Shown here: positions 26,491-40,547 of the stretch, in pieces | How positions within the stretch are numbered: the first letter of the stretch is position 1 | How the letters are laid out: every line of letters starts with the position of its first letter | Source: Veleropilina oligotropha | Taxonomy: Eukaryota | Assembly: GCA_048128005.1 (NCBI GenBank) | Contig: JBEUKZ010000069.1 | Span: forward strand, 248,001-312,000 | Direction of reading: 5' to 3' | Length of the DNA: 64,000 bases | Program-made: the position numbers and the translations under genes | The notes under the pieces: model-generated | The model's database searches: none | The model's input: only the letters and a program-made list of their open reading frames with translations | What the model was told of the DNA's origin: nothing

Positions 26491-27539
26491 TTGTGTCCAG
26501 GTGTTAATCTGACGGGTTGTTAATAACAGAATATTAAGCATCAATATTTAAAACAGTTACACACATTGTTCAATGTTGGGAAATGAATTTAAAATATTAA
26601 AAAATAATTTCAAATACAGAAAACATGAATTATCGATATTGAAAATGATTTGCAATATATGAAAATAAATTATCACTTTTGAGAAATCGTTGACCGGGTT
26701 TACTTCAGATATATTTTGATAATTTTAGTAAGGATAATTCGTCGAATTCAGTGTATACTGAAGTGACATTTGATCAATGTAAACAAAAATATCACGCAGG
26801 ACAAATATGTTACTACGTATAGTTATTGTATTTGAACAAGTAAGTGGCGTGATATATATAATGACATCATAGAATGATAAACTTTTACTATATATAATTG
26901 TATAGTAGGTTGCGCTATGTATGTATTGTCCATGAAACTTTATATATTTTCCCATGTTGTTAAAGGCAGTCATTCTCCATTTCGTGATATGGTCGACCGT
27001 CAAAGTGAAATGTTGACATAATAAACGGCTTCATGACCTAGATAGCCCAAAATTTAAACTTGCAATATGTCAACATAAACTTCGTTATGTGATGCTTTAT
27101 GACGCGACGTGTTTGCTGCAATCACATATCTCTTTTCGAATAAGCAGTGAATGTAGAATACAAATATCAACATAGTTGCAAAAGGTGGGCACGGTTGATC
27201 GAGAACGGCCAGCCAGTCGGATAAACGAGCGATCGAAGTCACTTCAGGAGATGGTGCCCACCTAAAACGCAATCGCTACCACCAATATTATATACATAAT
27301 TTCGTCAAATTCATAAGCTTATTATTTTATCAGAAATTATATTTTCCCAATGTATTCTGTTTTTCTGGAGTGAGACACGAGGCCAACTTATCAGCGTTGT
27401 GTGTTGCCGTCAGTTGAGGAAAAGGAACCCTGCCGCTTGCCACTATACTAGTGATATTCTCTATCTTCCTCATCACGTAATAAAATGGGGAGATGTAAAC
27501 ACGATATTATTAACATTATACATAACTTATCGTTATTGA

Positions 27540-27745
27540 CGAATATTGAGAAATTAATTTCCAATATGGAGAAATCTATTTTCAATATTGAGAAATCAAT
27601 TTTCAATATTGGGAAATCAATTTTCAATATTGAGAAATCAATTTTCAATATTGAGAAATCAATTTTCAATATTGAGAAATCAATTTTCAATGTTGATAAA
27701 TCAATTTATTTTCAATATTGATAAATCAATTATCAATAATGAGAC
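27540..27745. repeat. 21-bp minisatellite (ttcaatattgagaaatcaatt)n
   Basis: About 9 tandem units; more degenerate units at ~26570-26690. Confidence 0.9.
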
Positions 27746-29267
27746 ATCATTGTTCATTAGACTATTGCCCGTAAATGCACTCTTTTCGTGACTATGCATA
27801 GCATTAATGATCACCCTCTATCGCACGGTTCGCGCAGACTGATACACATTTCGCGAAGATATACGATCAAATGATAGACTTTTATTGTAACTGGGCAATA
27901 TATGTTATTGTCAAGTAGAAAGCTATTGTATTTGGCGCGCATAAACCTACTCAACTGTGTTCCAACTAGGTCAATTGGAAATAACCCGGTGCGAGGTAAT
28001 CAAACGCAGACCGCGTTTTATTATTTGTAAATATTCAGTAGCGAATAATTTATACGGTAGCAAATTATTGACGAAAGTTGAGTGTTGAAATTTCCTAACT
28101 TGTTAAGTTATAAAAAAAAGTGTAATGCGGTTATTTTTCTTTAAAAAAGGGGCAATAGTCTCTTTAATGATAAAATCAATTATTACAGCAACGATAGCAA
28201 GGTTACCAAATTCTAGCAAATCAAGCAGATATAGAATGTCGTATATGACATTTATATTCATTCAACCATTTTATAAAATATCAACTGATGAAGTTCAAAT
28301 TAATAAAGTTGTCGAGAGACGTCGCGGTAGTATACGGTACGTTGTACACCGTCTGACGTTAACCACGATGTAGCCAAGATAAGAGACATTATAATGTTGT
28401 TTTCTGCGTGAATTATTTCTTCTGATTGGATGGTGTCATGTTATTAACTGATGATAAACACGGTTGACGTCATACTAATTGTGACGTCAAAATGTTCCCA
28501 TTGAACAACAGGTTGCAGGACAGCTTTCCCGACCCACAAGTTTAGCATCATAATTTGGTATATACCGATAGGCCAATTAACTGTATGTCGTATGCCGACT
28601 ATAATAATGCTATTGCAATACATGTATATTGTTTATATGAAATTACTGTATGTGATAATATTGGTCTGTAATCAGTAATTGTATTTACCTAAATATTTAA
28701 TTATGTGACCTACAGTATCGTCGAAGGTTGTGATATTCAAAACTAAATTGCAATTTGGCCTCTTGACTCATATGCTACAATTAAGCTTGACGGATGCGCT
28801 GGTTAAATTAAATCGATATCAGCTCAAAATAATTTGCAAACTATACGATATCACTTATACAATTGATTATATTTAGTATCCAAGTTTTGATCATTGCTAA
28901 ACATTTCCTATTTATAGTAGCTTACTGTTACATTATAATACATTATATCAATAATCGAAACATCGAAGCGTTCAGGGTATTGTACCAATTAACAAGCACT
29001 GATTGACCGAAATATATTGCAGTCAACAATTAATGCACACAAATTCCATTAAACCATTCATTAATTTAAAAATGTAAACACACACCACAGTGCTGTTTTT
29101 GTCAGTACATATCAGAGGGGTAGATTCGTTCAACCGACCCTATTCAGTTCGTGACTGTATTATTCCCCAGCATCCACGCATGCGCACTGACACGACATAT
29201 ACGGTATAGTCAGCTGTACGGTATAGTTCGTGACACCGGATTCGAGGTGACTCATTCTACCGCTTAA

Positions 29268-31035
29268 AGGCCGGAATCTGCGACCGAGTGGTCGGTGGGC
29301 TTGGCCTTCTAGTTAGGGGCGTGGCCCTACTTCGTCCGCTATTCAATATGGCCAGACACTTTTTCAGGTGATAATTATTATAACAACAACAGCCAAACGT
29401 CGTAATTAAATTACTATAATACAATCAAGACTGAAGTAGATTAATGCACATTTTAATCCAAACATACTGTCAGGAAAACAAAATTCATCAACAACAATGC
29501 ACAATTTAATATTCTCCTAGTTCCGACCAACTTTTGTAAGACATTGGTATTATTTTCCTGGAAAACAATAGGCCTACGCTTATGATATAATGATGTTATC
29601 AGTATTGTGTGGATTCTGGCACATCGGAAACCTCGAGTGACGTCGTAGTTTTTGCGGCGGATTAATCGCTCGAACTTCCTTCTCGTTCGAGCGATTAATC
29701 CGCCGCAAAAACTACGACGTCATTCGAGGTTTCCGATGTGCCAGAATCCATACAATAACTGATAACATTTTGATTATATGCCGCAGCAAGTTTCTTATTA
29801 AATTGAATCGAAAGATTATGGTAATTTTAGTCAAGAATCTGTAAGGGGGGTTGAAATAGTATAGGACTATATTGGAAGTAGTTCCTACGATTTGTCAGCC
29901 ATTTTGAATATATAAGCAGGAGACGTTTTCCTGTACATATATAAGCAGGAGACGTTTTCTGAATCGATAACATCTGTGTCCGTGATACAGGGTCTCGGAA
30001 AACTGCGCGAGAATAGGAGTCATAAAACGACTGGCATATAATAAATATGTTTAACGCAATGTTAAATGATTCCACGTAATGGTTGTCCATTGCCGTAATG
30101 CAGTTTTCTGGTGGCGTGTACACTATTGACTTTCTTATTGAATTTCGTGACAAATTATCAGCAAATTCCGATGTGATGATCTGTTTGCTCGACTCATTAT
30201 TTATTTGAGTCTTGCAATGGCTTTTTGGATTACTGTTTTCGTTTTTGTAATGTTGAACGATGTTGTCCTAAGAAGATCGTAGATTTGCTGCACACATCTA
30301 GCATAGTTGCGCATAGCATACTTCACGTGTGTATTAATCGAATTCACTTTGTCGGCAGGACTGATGTTATCTACTTATGTCTATATATATTTTAGAATCG
30401 AACGTCGTGAATTATTCAATTAGACCCAGTGATGTAGCTTTATATTTCGACCACGCTGAGGCACATCATTGCTTTGTTGTTACAACGCTGAATGCACGAA
30501 ATCATTGGACAATAAGTTTAAACGAATACTCTAAACGCTCGATTGATATTGCGATCAGATACGCATGATGCAAAACATACCGCCATTGAAACTGTGACTG
30601 CTTCTCACCTTTGACAATAAATGCTGTTGCAGAGACTATATTTTAGGTATGGCATCCATCGTAAGTAAAATATAGAGCGTGGTATATTGTTTGACTTATC
30701 ATCATTTTGTAATTAACACTCTGTAGTTCTAGACAAGAAGGTTTTTCACCCGTTTTTCTAGACCATGCATATAATCTTAGGCTAATGATGTCGTATCCTG
30801 GCTCTTGTCTGTTCACTGTTCCAATATTGACATTAGTAGCTAATTGCCTACACTATAAAAACAACCATTGCATCGCAGTTAGTTTTTGGTTAAGAGGCTG
30901 TCAATCAAAGTCACAGCCTCGTTTCAACCGCTTGTCAACCAGTTGTATGTCTAAATTTGATATTCTTCCCTTGATTGCAAAATCTGAAATGAGATGGAGC
31001 TCCGCCTGTCGCACTTTATATTGGCACCCCGGCCT
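29268..31035 (-). mobile_element. Kolobok-like DNA transposon with decayed transposase
   Basis: ttaa|aggccgg...ccggcct|ttaa; empty site ctaccgcttaaaataatc in unit B (~18870-18886); minus-strand remnants DKVNSINTHVKYAMRN, LRSS*DNIVQHYKN, SKQIITS, DNHYVESFNIALNIF at ~30030-30360. Confidence 0.75.
29593..29768. repeat. Near-perfect long hairpin (~83-bp arms, 9-nt loop), probably a nested palindromic MITE
   Basis: atgttatcag...gattaatcgctcgaac-ttccttctc-gttcgagcgattaatc...ctgataacat. Confidence 0.85.
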
Positions 31036-32359
31036 TTAAAATAATCAAACATTGCTCAATAAATGCAATACAGCTAAGTGTGCTAGCAAACCCCGAGTTT
31101 CCACGTGGTGTAGGTTGTTCACTACTAAATACTGAATCTGCGTTTAATAATATATAGACAGCATGATCGTTATCTCCATTGCACACAGCACCAATTCATT
31201 TCATCATTCAAAGTTGCTTGATCCTATTTACAAGGGAAATACCGTTGGCGTGGTAATTACACCGGTAAATGGATCGTTGAGATATACAAGATGAGATAAT
31301 GGAGTGAGTAAAATAGTGGAATAATGGATGAAGAAAAACGTTTTTTCATGACAAAGTTTACATTTACTGGATTATATGAGGACAAAGTATTAATGGAAAC
31401 GTACAATACATTTGTAAATAACAACTTTATCGCTATTCGAGGGCATTACTAGCTACTAAGTGGAGTTTGTAATTTACAATAAAATATCGACACAACTTAC
31501 AACTGAATATAAAGGCAAACACATATCATAATAACACAGTATGACTACAGACATATAAACAATAAAAGATGCGTGCTTATTAAATGGAAATGCTTACATT
31601 AGCACATGCAATAATTTCGAGGTAAATATACAATGTTACTGACACTATACGGCACACATCTGTACATACAAAGTTAAAACAATTGGACACTCATGCACGT
31701 ATACATATAATTGGCCAGCACATACTAATCGCCATTGAGTGTTTAAAATCATATATAAAGACGATGCAATTTCAGAAAACATTTAAAAGACATATTGCAA
31801 AAGACGTACAAACAAAGTAAATCGAAATTGACAACGGCAAACGGAATAATACAAATAAACCCATCAAGAGTAACACATTTTCAGGTCAATGTTGACAACA
31901 CAAGTAAATGCAAACCACGAACTATGACTGATGCACGCGATTGTGTGTTTACAAATTACCCAACTTAGAGATAATAAATATAACAATATAGCGAAATACA
32001 AATCCTATAGGATAACGTACAAAATGTGTAGAACGGTACATATGGCCGATCAGTCGCTTACAAATACACATACACTAAGAATTGTAACAAATACGACCTT
32101 CAGAGTTCTCAGAGAAAGCGTGCAAACATATTCATACATTGGTGTCCAGTCATTGTGATTCAACAATAAAGTTCATATACTATCCAATCCACAAATCGCC
32201 CTAACCTCACTCTACTAGGAATATAATTTAACGTTTAAAACATTTCCTTATATCCAAGCTTCGTTTTTTTTGGGACTACAACACATAACACGATTTTTAA
32301 TATCAAGTTTGCATTCTGTTACTTGCATGGTTGCATAGTTATATCAGAAAATATACTGG

Positions 32360-32905
<546 letters not shown>

Positions 32906-34078
32906 CTATCCGGTATGGGTCAACATGTGTATTAAAAGATTACTTGCTCGCGAAAACGCAAGATTACAAACAGCGCATTTGTACCGTATATCTCCAGTAT
33001 GGGTGGACATGTGCGTTTTCACACGACCTGCACTTGGGAATTTCCGAAAACATATGCCACACTGATATGGTTTTTCACCAGTGTGTGTTGTCATGTGAGA
33101 CTTAAGATCGCCCGCTCGCGAAAATGGTCGATTGCACACAGCACACTGGTGTGGCTTCTCTCCTGTATGGACTAACATATGCATCTTAAGACCACGCGAT
33201 TGTGAAAATACCATGTCACAAAGAGCACATCGATGTGGACTCTCCTTAGTGTGAATTACCATATGACCTTTGAGACTATGTGAAAGTGAAAATGTTTTAT
33301 TACACACATCACACCGGTGTGGCTTTTCTCCACTATGGATTAACATGTGTCTCCTAAGATTGCCTGCCAGAGAGAATTGCTGCATACACAAGCCGCAATG
33401 ATGTGGTTTCTCACCAGTGTGAATCAACATGTGCTCCTTAAGACTGCGTGCTTGCGAAAATGTCTTATTACACACAGCACACTGGTGTGGCTTTTCTCCA
33501 CTATGGATTAGCATGTGTCTCCTAAGATTGCCTGCCAGAGAGAATTGCTGCATACATAAGCCGCACTGATGTTGTTTCTCACCAGTGTGAATCAACATGT
33601 GCTCTTTAAGACAGCGTTCTTGCCAAAATGTCTTATTACACACATCACACCAGTGTGGCTTTTCTCCACTATGGATTAGCATGTGTCTGCTAAGATTGCC
33701 TGCCAGTGAAAATTGCTGCATACACAAGCCACACTGATGTGGTTTCTCACCAGTGTGAATAAGCATGTGCCTATTCAAACTGGACATAAGAGTAAATGAC
33801 TTGTCGCAAACACTGCAGTCGAATCGGAGGTCATGTGTCTTCATGTGATATTTAAGCTTATTTGCATCAGTGAAGTTTTTGTCGCATACATCGCACTTTT
33901 CCAGTTCCATTGTGGTATGAATTTGAGAAACAATACTAGTTGACCGAGTAAATGAATTGGTATTAATTACCGTTTGCTCACATATAGGACAATTGTAATT
34001 GCAATCAATGATGCTATCTTTACATTGCACGATTTGCAGACCACTTATTCCAAGCTTTAAATTATTCAGAAATGGCAT
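32906..34078 (-). CDS. Poly-C2H2 zinc-finger protein, 12 fingers, 390 aa (copy C)
   Basis: ATG-initiated ORF with 12 CxxC..HxxxH fingers and TGEKPH linkers; ends at HTG* (TAG in place of the linker Glu codon). Confidence 0.88.
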   Translation of the reverse strand: MPFLNNLKLGISGLQIVQCKDSIIDCNYNCPICEQTVINTNSFTRSTSIVSQIHTTMELEKCDVCDKNFTDANKLKYHMKTHDLRFDCSVCDKSFTLMSSLNRHMLIHTGEKPHQCGLCMQQFSLAGNLSRHMLIHSGEKPHWCDVCNKTFWQERCLKEHMLIHTGEKQHQCGLCMQQFSLAGNLRRHMLIHSGEKPHQCAVCNKTFSQARSLKEHMLIHTGEKPHHCGLCMQQFSLAGNLRRHMLIHSGEKPHRCDVCNKTFSLSHSLKGHMVIHTKESPHRCALCDMVFSQSRGLKMHMLVHTGEKPHQCAVCNRPFSRAGDLKSHMTTHTGEKPYQCGICFRKFPSAGRVKTHMSTHTGDIRYKCAVCNLAFSRASNLLIHMLTHTG

Positions 34079-34876
34079 GCAGACAGAATAAGCATTGTTT
34101 AATACCGATTAATAAAATCTAACTATCAAGTTCGTGATTGGAACAAGACACCAATTTTTTTCACCCTGGAGTCGCAATTTAAAGAACTGGTGACATCTGG
34201 TGGGACTATATATATCTCACTTTGTGCCTAAACACTATTAACTAAACGCAAATACAATATGCGTTATCAAATGCAGTACACAAAACCGCAAACGATTTTC
34301 AACTAGGCAAAAGCAGTTTTCCCATTCGCGACACGATTCGATTAAACGGTGACACCTGCTGAATTCCTCACTCACTTATAGTTTGTTCATGCAGCTGCAT
34401 TGACCATCAGTTGGATGCATTTCTAAAAAAAACCTGCAACATAAACATGCCTTCATGTTAAAAATCGATTGTCAATGTTGAAATCAATAACTACACGAAA
34501 AATTGCAACTTTTGAAATATTATACAAACATATATTATGCATGACTCTGAATAAATGGCGTATGGGCGCATTGAAGTACGTAAAAATTCGGAACACGCCC
34601 ACATTTTAAATATAGTGGTATATTTACGCCCATATATATAAGGAATTGGGTGTACATATCGTTGTTTTTTTACTTCGTTTTTTAATTTTAATTCACGTAT
34701 TGTAAAGCGCTGCACGAGTTAGCTAAGCCTTCACATCAACAGATATAGTGACGAACTACATAGTTTGAATACTCGAAAACCTGCAACGTAGGGGAACAAA
34801 TTTTCATTTTAGTACAACAATGAACAATGATTTCGAAAACAGGGTGTACAGCACACTTTGTGAAAAATACCTGTTA

Positions 34877-37610
34877 GTTTAAACAATATTTATTATATAC
34901 AATGGAACATCTATATAATATACAATATCAGTACAAAGGCAATTACACAATTCGTCAACAGGTCACGGCCTATGTAAGCCTTTTTGTCCTTTGATATGTA
35001 TAAACGTGTATATAATATAGATGGCGCTTTGAATAGTATACAAAATATTGTCTTCGAAACCTGAGGTAGAATAACATACTAGTAATCAATATATATAAGT
35101 CTTAAAGTGTGAGTAACATTTGTTCTTCATCGTGTGAAGGTATTTGAACGTAATTCATTAAAATAATATTCAAATGTAATACATTGTATAGATAGATAGA
35201 TAAAATGTCAGTGTTTGTGTCTACTATGATATTAAGATAAGTCAAAATCGTTTGGAGCGTCTTATGTATATTTGAAGTGAATTATATATATGTTGATTTG
35301 CGTCATATGTATTAGACATTTCCCCAAAAAGGTATTGAGCCAAAGTTAGCTGGCCAACACTTTGGAAGATAATTTGTCGGACAACACTTTGGAAGATAAT
35401 TTGTCTTTGTTAAATAAAGGACAATGTAGAACGTAGTGATTAGCATCTTCATCTGGGAAACCACACAGACAACTTTAATCTTCAATAACGTTCAAGTGGT
35501 GAAGATTGTGGTTTATTGTACTATAGTTATTACGAATTTAGTGAGTATGATGCCATTTTTTCGATCTTGTTCATGGTTAAACAAGTCAGGACGAAATGTA
35601 GATTATGTAGTCATTATTTTAAATAGTGAAAGGGATTTGCAATTTCGAACAGTTGGGGGAAAAATTATATCCGAAACTGTTATGTAAGCGCAAACGGAAC
35701 AGTTATTTAGTTAGCATTTCTGATTGGATAAGGATTTATAACATTACGTTATGGAGGCAATATAATTTGAAGAAATTGTTGAGAAAAGCCATTTTTAATA
35801 TTGTGCATTAAGGTCAATCTTTTGTTTTTACGTCTTTTGTTCAATGGTATAATACCTGTTTCAGTCAGCACATTATCCCTGGAACACCATATTGGCAACC
35901 CAGTAGCAATTATGAGAGCTTCATATTGTATATGCACCAAACGATTTGATTTGGTTGCTGTAAAATTATATCAAACGATACTGCAGCTCTCTAAAATTGG
36001 CCTGATATTAGCAATATACAGTTTAAGGAGAATTTTTCTGCTAAATTTATATTTATTTATTCGTAGTAATCCCAAGCGTTTTGACGCTTTGCTTGTTATT
36101 TCATTTATGTGATGCTGCCAATTGCCAAGTTTATTTAAGACAAGCCCTAAGTGTTTATGTGACTCTACCATCTTAACAGGGAATTAATTAAATAGAGGGC
36201 GTGGAACAACGGCGTTCAACGATCTTGTAATAAATAAGCATTCAGTTTTGTTTGGGTTAAAATTTACCTTCCATTTCGCAGACCACTATAATAGTTTTTC
36301 AAGATCTCGGTTCATAAATCAGTTACGTCAAAATACAACGGATGTGACATCAGTAATGAAGTGACATCAGCAAAAAGACGGACATCAGATGTTATTCAAT
36401 TTGCAATGTCATTAATAAATATTAAGAATAAAAGAGGACCAAGTACCGATCCCTGTGGAACACCCGCATTAGAGGTTCTCCATTGCGAAAGTGCGCCGTT
36501 TATAATTACACTCTGTCTTCTACCATCAAGGTAACTACTAAACCATTGTAAAAGATTTCCTGTTATACCAATACTTGACATTTTATGTAGTAAACCTTGA
36601 GGCCAGACCTGTCGAAGGCTTTCCATACATCACACTATACTGAAGTAATATAATTCGCCTTTAGCCATCCCTGACAAAATGTGGCAAATTTCTAGAAGTT
36701 GTGATTCGGTCAACCTCCCTGGTAAGAATCCGGCCTGGTACGGATAAATTAAATTATTCGTATTCAGGAATTGCAAAATATACGTATGAATTATGTTTTT
36801 AAAGACTTTACCAACATGACTGAGTAGTGAAATATGTATAAATGTACTTGGTTCATTTGCATCTTTACATTTGGGTATTGGTATGACAAGGGACTGTTTC
36901 CAAATACTAGTAGACGGGAAAGTACATGTTGACAAGCAATAGTTAAATATTTTGGCAAGAGGTTTCGATATCGGAACACTTAATTGTTTTAGTACGTTAG
37001 TGATTATTTGGTCAGGTTCCAGTGTTTTGTCTGATCATAAGCCTTTTACTCTAGTTTGGACATCATTTTCAGTGATATGTATATGTTCGATTTTTTCATT
37101 TGTATGTAAATTAATTTCAGGGAGAGGGTCGTCAGTATTTTGTAGAATGGAGATATTCGCAAAATAATTATTCAAGGCATTGGATTTGTTGGTATCATCG
37201 GCGATATACCATCGTTCGCCATTCATATCAATTTGTAGTGCGGGGATAGTATTTACCACTTTTTTATCGACGGACGTTTTCATTAAATTCCACCAAGTGT
37301 TATTAACATTGCTTGCAGTATTAATTTTATGATACAGGTTTTGGTAGTAATTATCTTTTCCTTCTCTGACTGGTGAGACAACTTCATTTCTGCATTTACG
37401 AAATTTGGTCCATACATTTTTATCATTAATATAGTGTTTATCTTTCATATTGGCTATATTTCGTTTTCTCATAAACTTTATAAGTCTGTTCATCCAAGGT
37501 TTGTCATTAGGTCTAATCATTGGATTCATCGATGGTATATATTCATTAATCCATGCATTTAATATTTCAGTAAACATAATACACATGTCGTCAGCATTAT
37601 CATGTACATT
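34877..37610 (-). mobile_element. CR1-group LINE ORF2 fragment, degraded, in the ZF gene intron
   Basis: IRPNDKPWMN, NNYFANIS, ISLLSHVGKVF, QAGFLPG, WFSSYLDGRRQSV, AGVPQGSVLGPLLFLIFIND, HKHLGL, IRPILE. Confidence 0.9.
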
Positions 37611-40547
37611 CATAGATGCCTGTTACATATATAACTCCCTACCCATTGATTGTCTGCCAGGTGTCAACAGCATGGTGTATTTGAAGAGCGATAGACAGCA
37701 ATACCTCGGAAGACGGTTATCTCTGAATAACAAATAATTAGGTGGACAGTTTATATTAAAGATCATATACGAGCATACACAAATTACAAAAATAAAACAA
37801 AAATTCTTATTGTAAACATTTCCCCTATAATATGCATAGCTCGATGACCATACTGTGAGTATGATGATTTTTAGTGTATTAAATGCGTCTGGATACTAAA
37901 TCCAAAACATATCCAATTAAATTAATCAATTTGAGACCAAAACGCAAATACTAAGCATTGTTTTTTTACGGAATACTTCAAAATGTCCTATGTTGCAGAC
38001 GACACATCACGGTCTTATGTCGCAGCGAATGCAAACGATATGTATATTGTATGAAGTAACTTAATGCAATACTTATTTGTTCGTTAAATGGTGTTTATAA
38101 TAAAATGCATAACAAATTTATAACCAGTTTTCTATCATTTCATTAAATGATCATTATAAATTTAATTCAGTCAAATTATAAAAAAACATACCGATAATTA
38201 CGTACGATTTATGTATGATATTAAGAAAACATTGAACTGACATTAATTTCGTTATTCTCGCAATTCCTTGTTCACAGTGACGCGAGACTGTATACAGTCG
38301 TTTGTTTTATGGAAATGCGATCACCAGGCATCACACGATGACAAATGGATCAAAGTTACGCTGTTTTATGCTGTCGTTGTCTCAATATAAGAAATATGGC
38401 TATATTCAAGTCTACATTATTGTGTAAATTATCATCAGAAACAAACCCACGCCGACCAGTTCAAATTACATAGTGCGCGTCATGTATGATTACAAAGCAA
38501 CCGCTTTAACCACTCAGTCATCGGACTTTCACGCGCTGATAAATATAACATTATATACAAGAATAAATCGTCTTTTTCGATAGAGAGTTAAAACCGGATG
38601 ATCCGACAGCAATATGAATGAAAATGTTAACAATGGTCGAAAACGTGCCAGGCAGTTCATTATCCCCGCATTTGCCATCGAATTTCCACAGGATCGAAAT
38701 GTCCGTATTCGATTCATTGTCTATGGCATATCAAATTATATTTCGATCATGTAAACATATTATACTAAACTGAAAAGTCAAGCAAACACGTGCTGTTGTG
38801 CGTGATAGGGTGCTGTGTTATATTTGAGCATAAGGCTTATTAATAGATTGAATACATGCGATTCTTACCGCATAACTCAACTTCCATAGTGTAACAAATC
38901 AGGGACGCCATTTGAATGTATGCGGTGATCCGGTTTAAATGTTGTACAGAATATCCTGACTCAAACATGCGATTTAATGTGGTTGTCAGTTGGTCTGTTT
39001 TCAGGCTAGCTCATGATCACAAGTACAATTCTTGACCAGCAAGTAATATAAATTATATATTCAAGTTATACATTGCCGTGAATGATGTGAAATGTCTGCT
39101 TAACATATCAGACTCTGTCCAGTTGTTTGAATGTATTCGGATAATATTCCTCATTTGACCTAGTTTGACAGGTAATATCATCGACCAAAGGTGGGATGGC
39201 AATACCTAAGAATAAGGAGCAAAGCATTGTCAGTCTCATTTAGATATTTTATATAGTTTATCATATTTGTGTGGAAGAAGGAAGTCGCCTAAATTTAAAA
39301 TGGCTGGAAATGCTTATATAAACAAAAGAAAACGCCACACGCACGGATATAGATATATTTGTTTAGCTTTTCAGAATGTGTGGTTACATAGACAATATAA
39401 TTATAATATATACAAAATATATAAAAAATGCCCTTGCGCGCGTTATCTTGTCCGTCAAAATGTAAGTTGTCAATGCGTTGCAGCTTATAATCATATAAGC
39501 GGCAGACATTAATCAGTATAGGCATGAATTGAGGATATAATCAGTTTTCTTCATTACATAACATGTATTTTTCCCAGTGTCGTTTTTTTATTATCATTGG
39601 ACAATTTGGAAATTAACGTGCGCAATTTAAGCTAATATTGGACTGCAAATGAACACCACGTCACAGATAATCTTTCAGAAGACTAGATGTTCGTCAATCT
39701 GTGAGGATTACGTAACGCGTTTGTATTGAAGACGACGTTATATCGCATACTGAATATGTTATGGTACATTTGTGTAAGCCTTTGTATGGACTCGTTATTT
39801 TAGTCAAGATGAAACGCTGTAAAATCGAAAGGTTTAGCAAGTATGCTCAACATTCCTCTTTTAAATTGTTCACAATATATTTATATGTCCGTTTTTTAAC
39901 CCATATCCTGTTTTTCTTGAAAGATGAATGCTAAATCATTAGTATAAATCATTTTTATTCAGTTTGCATTATTAATATGGCTTGTTTTCTAGTTTATATT
40001 GAAGTCGTCCTATGTGTCCGTCAAAATAGCATGCATAAGCTGTAACTCTAAGCAGGTAAAATTAGCTAATCCAAGCGTATGTCATTGATTATTACAACGG
40101 CATATCGCATATACATTTGTTTTTACACTCTCTGAATGTACCTTTCTTCTTTTTACTTGTTCAAAAGATATTTATTTGTCCACTTTTTATATGCTTGAAA
40201 GATTGATGTTAAATCGTTCTTTGAAAACATTTACAATCTTTAATAAATGTCTGCATCGGGGAAATTACTGAAAAATAGCATGGATTTGTCTGTCAAAAAT
40301 AGCATGCTCAAGTGCTGAAATATGGATTAAAAGGTAAATTTTATTAAAAATGAATTACCACACTATGTTTTTGAATGTCAATATTATTTATTATGGAAGT
40401 AAACTTGTAAAATATGTTGTTTTTTTATAAACAAATACAACATTTTCGATTTTGAGATTCGTGTTACACTTTCTAACACTTTAGCTAATTTTGACTCAAA
40501 TAGCAATGAATGCTGATAAAATATGTAGTATCGCTAGCACAACAAAT

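Noticed and set aside
27448..27791. KIDFSIL / NIEKSIF heptad ORFs; CRISPR-like appearance
   Set aside because: 21-bp head-to-tail minisatellite with no unique spacers; eukaryotic context and no cas genes.
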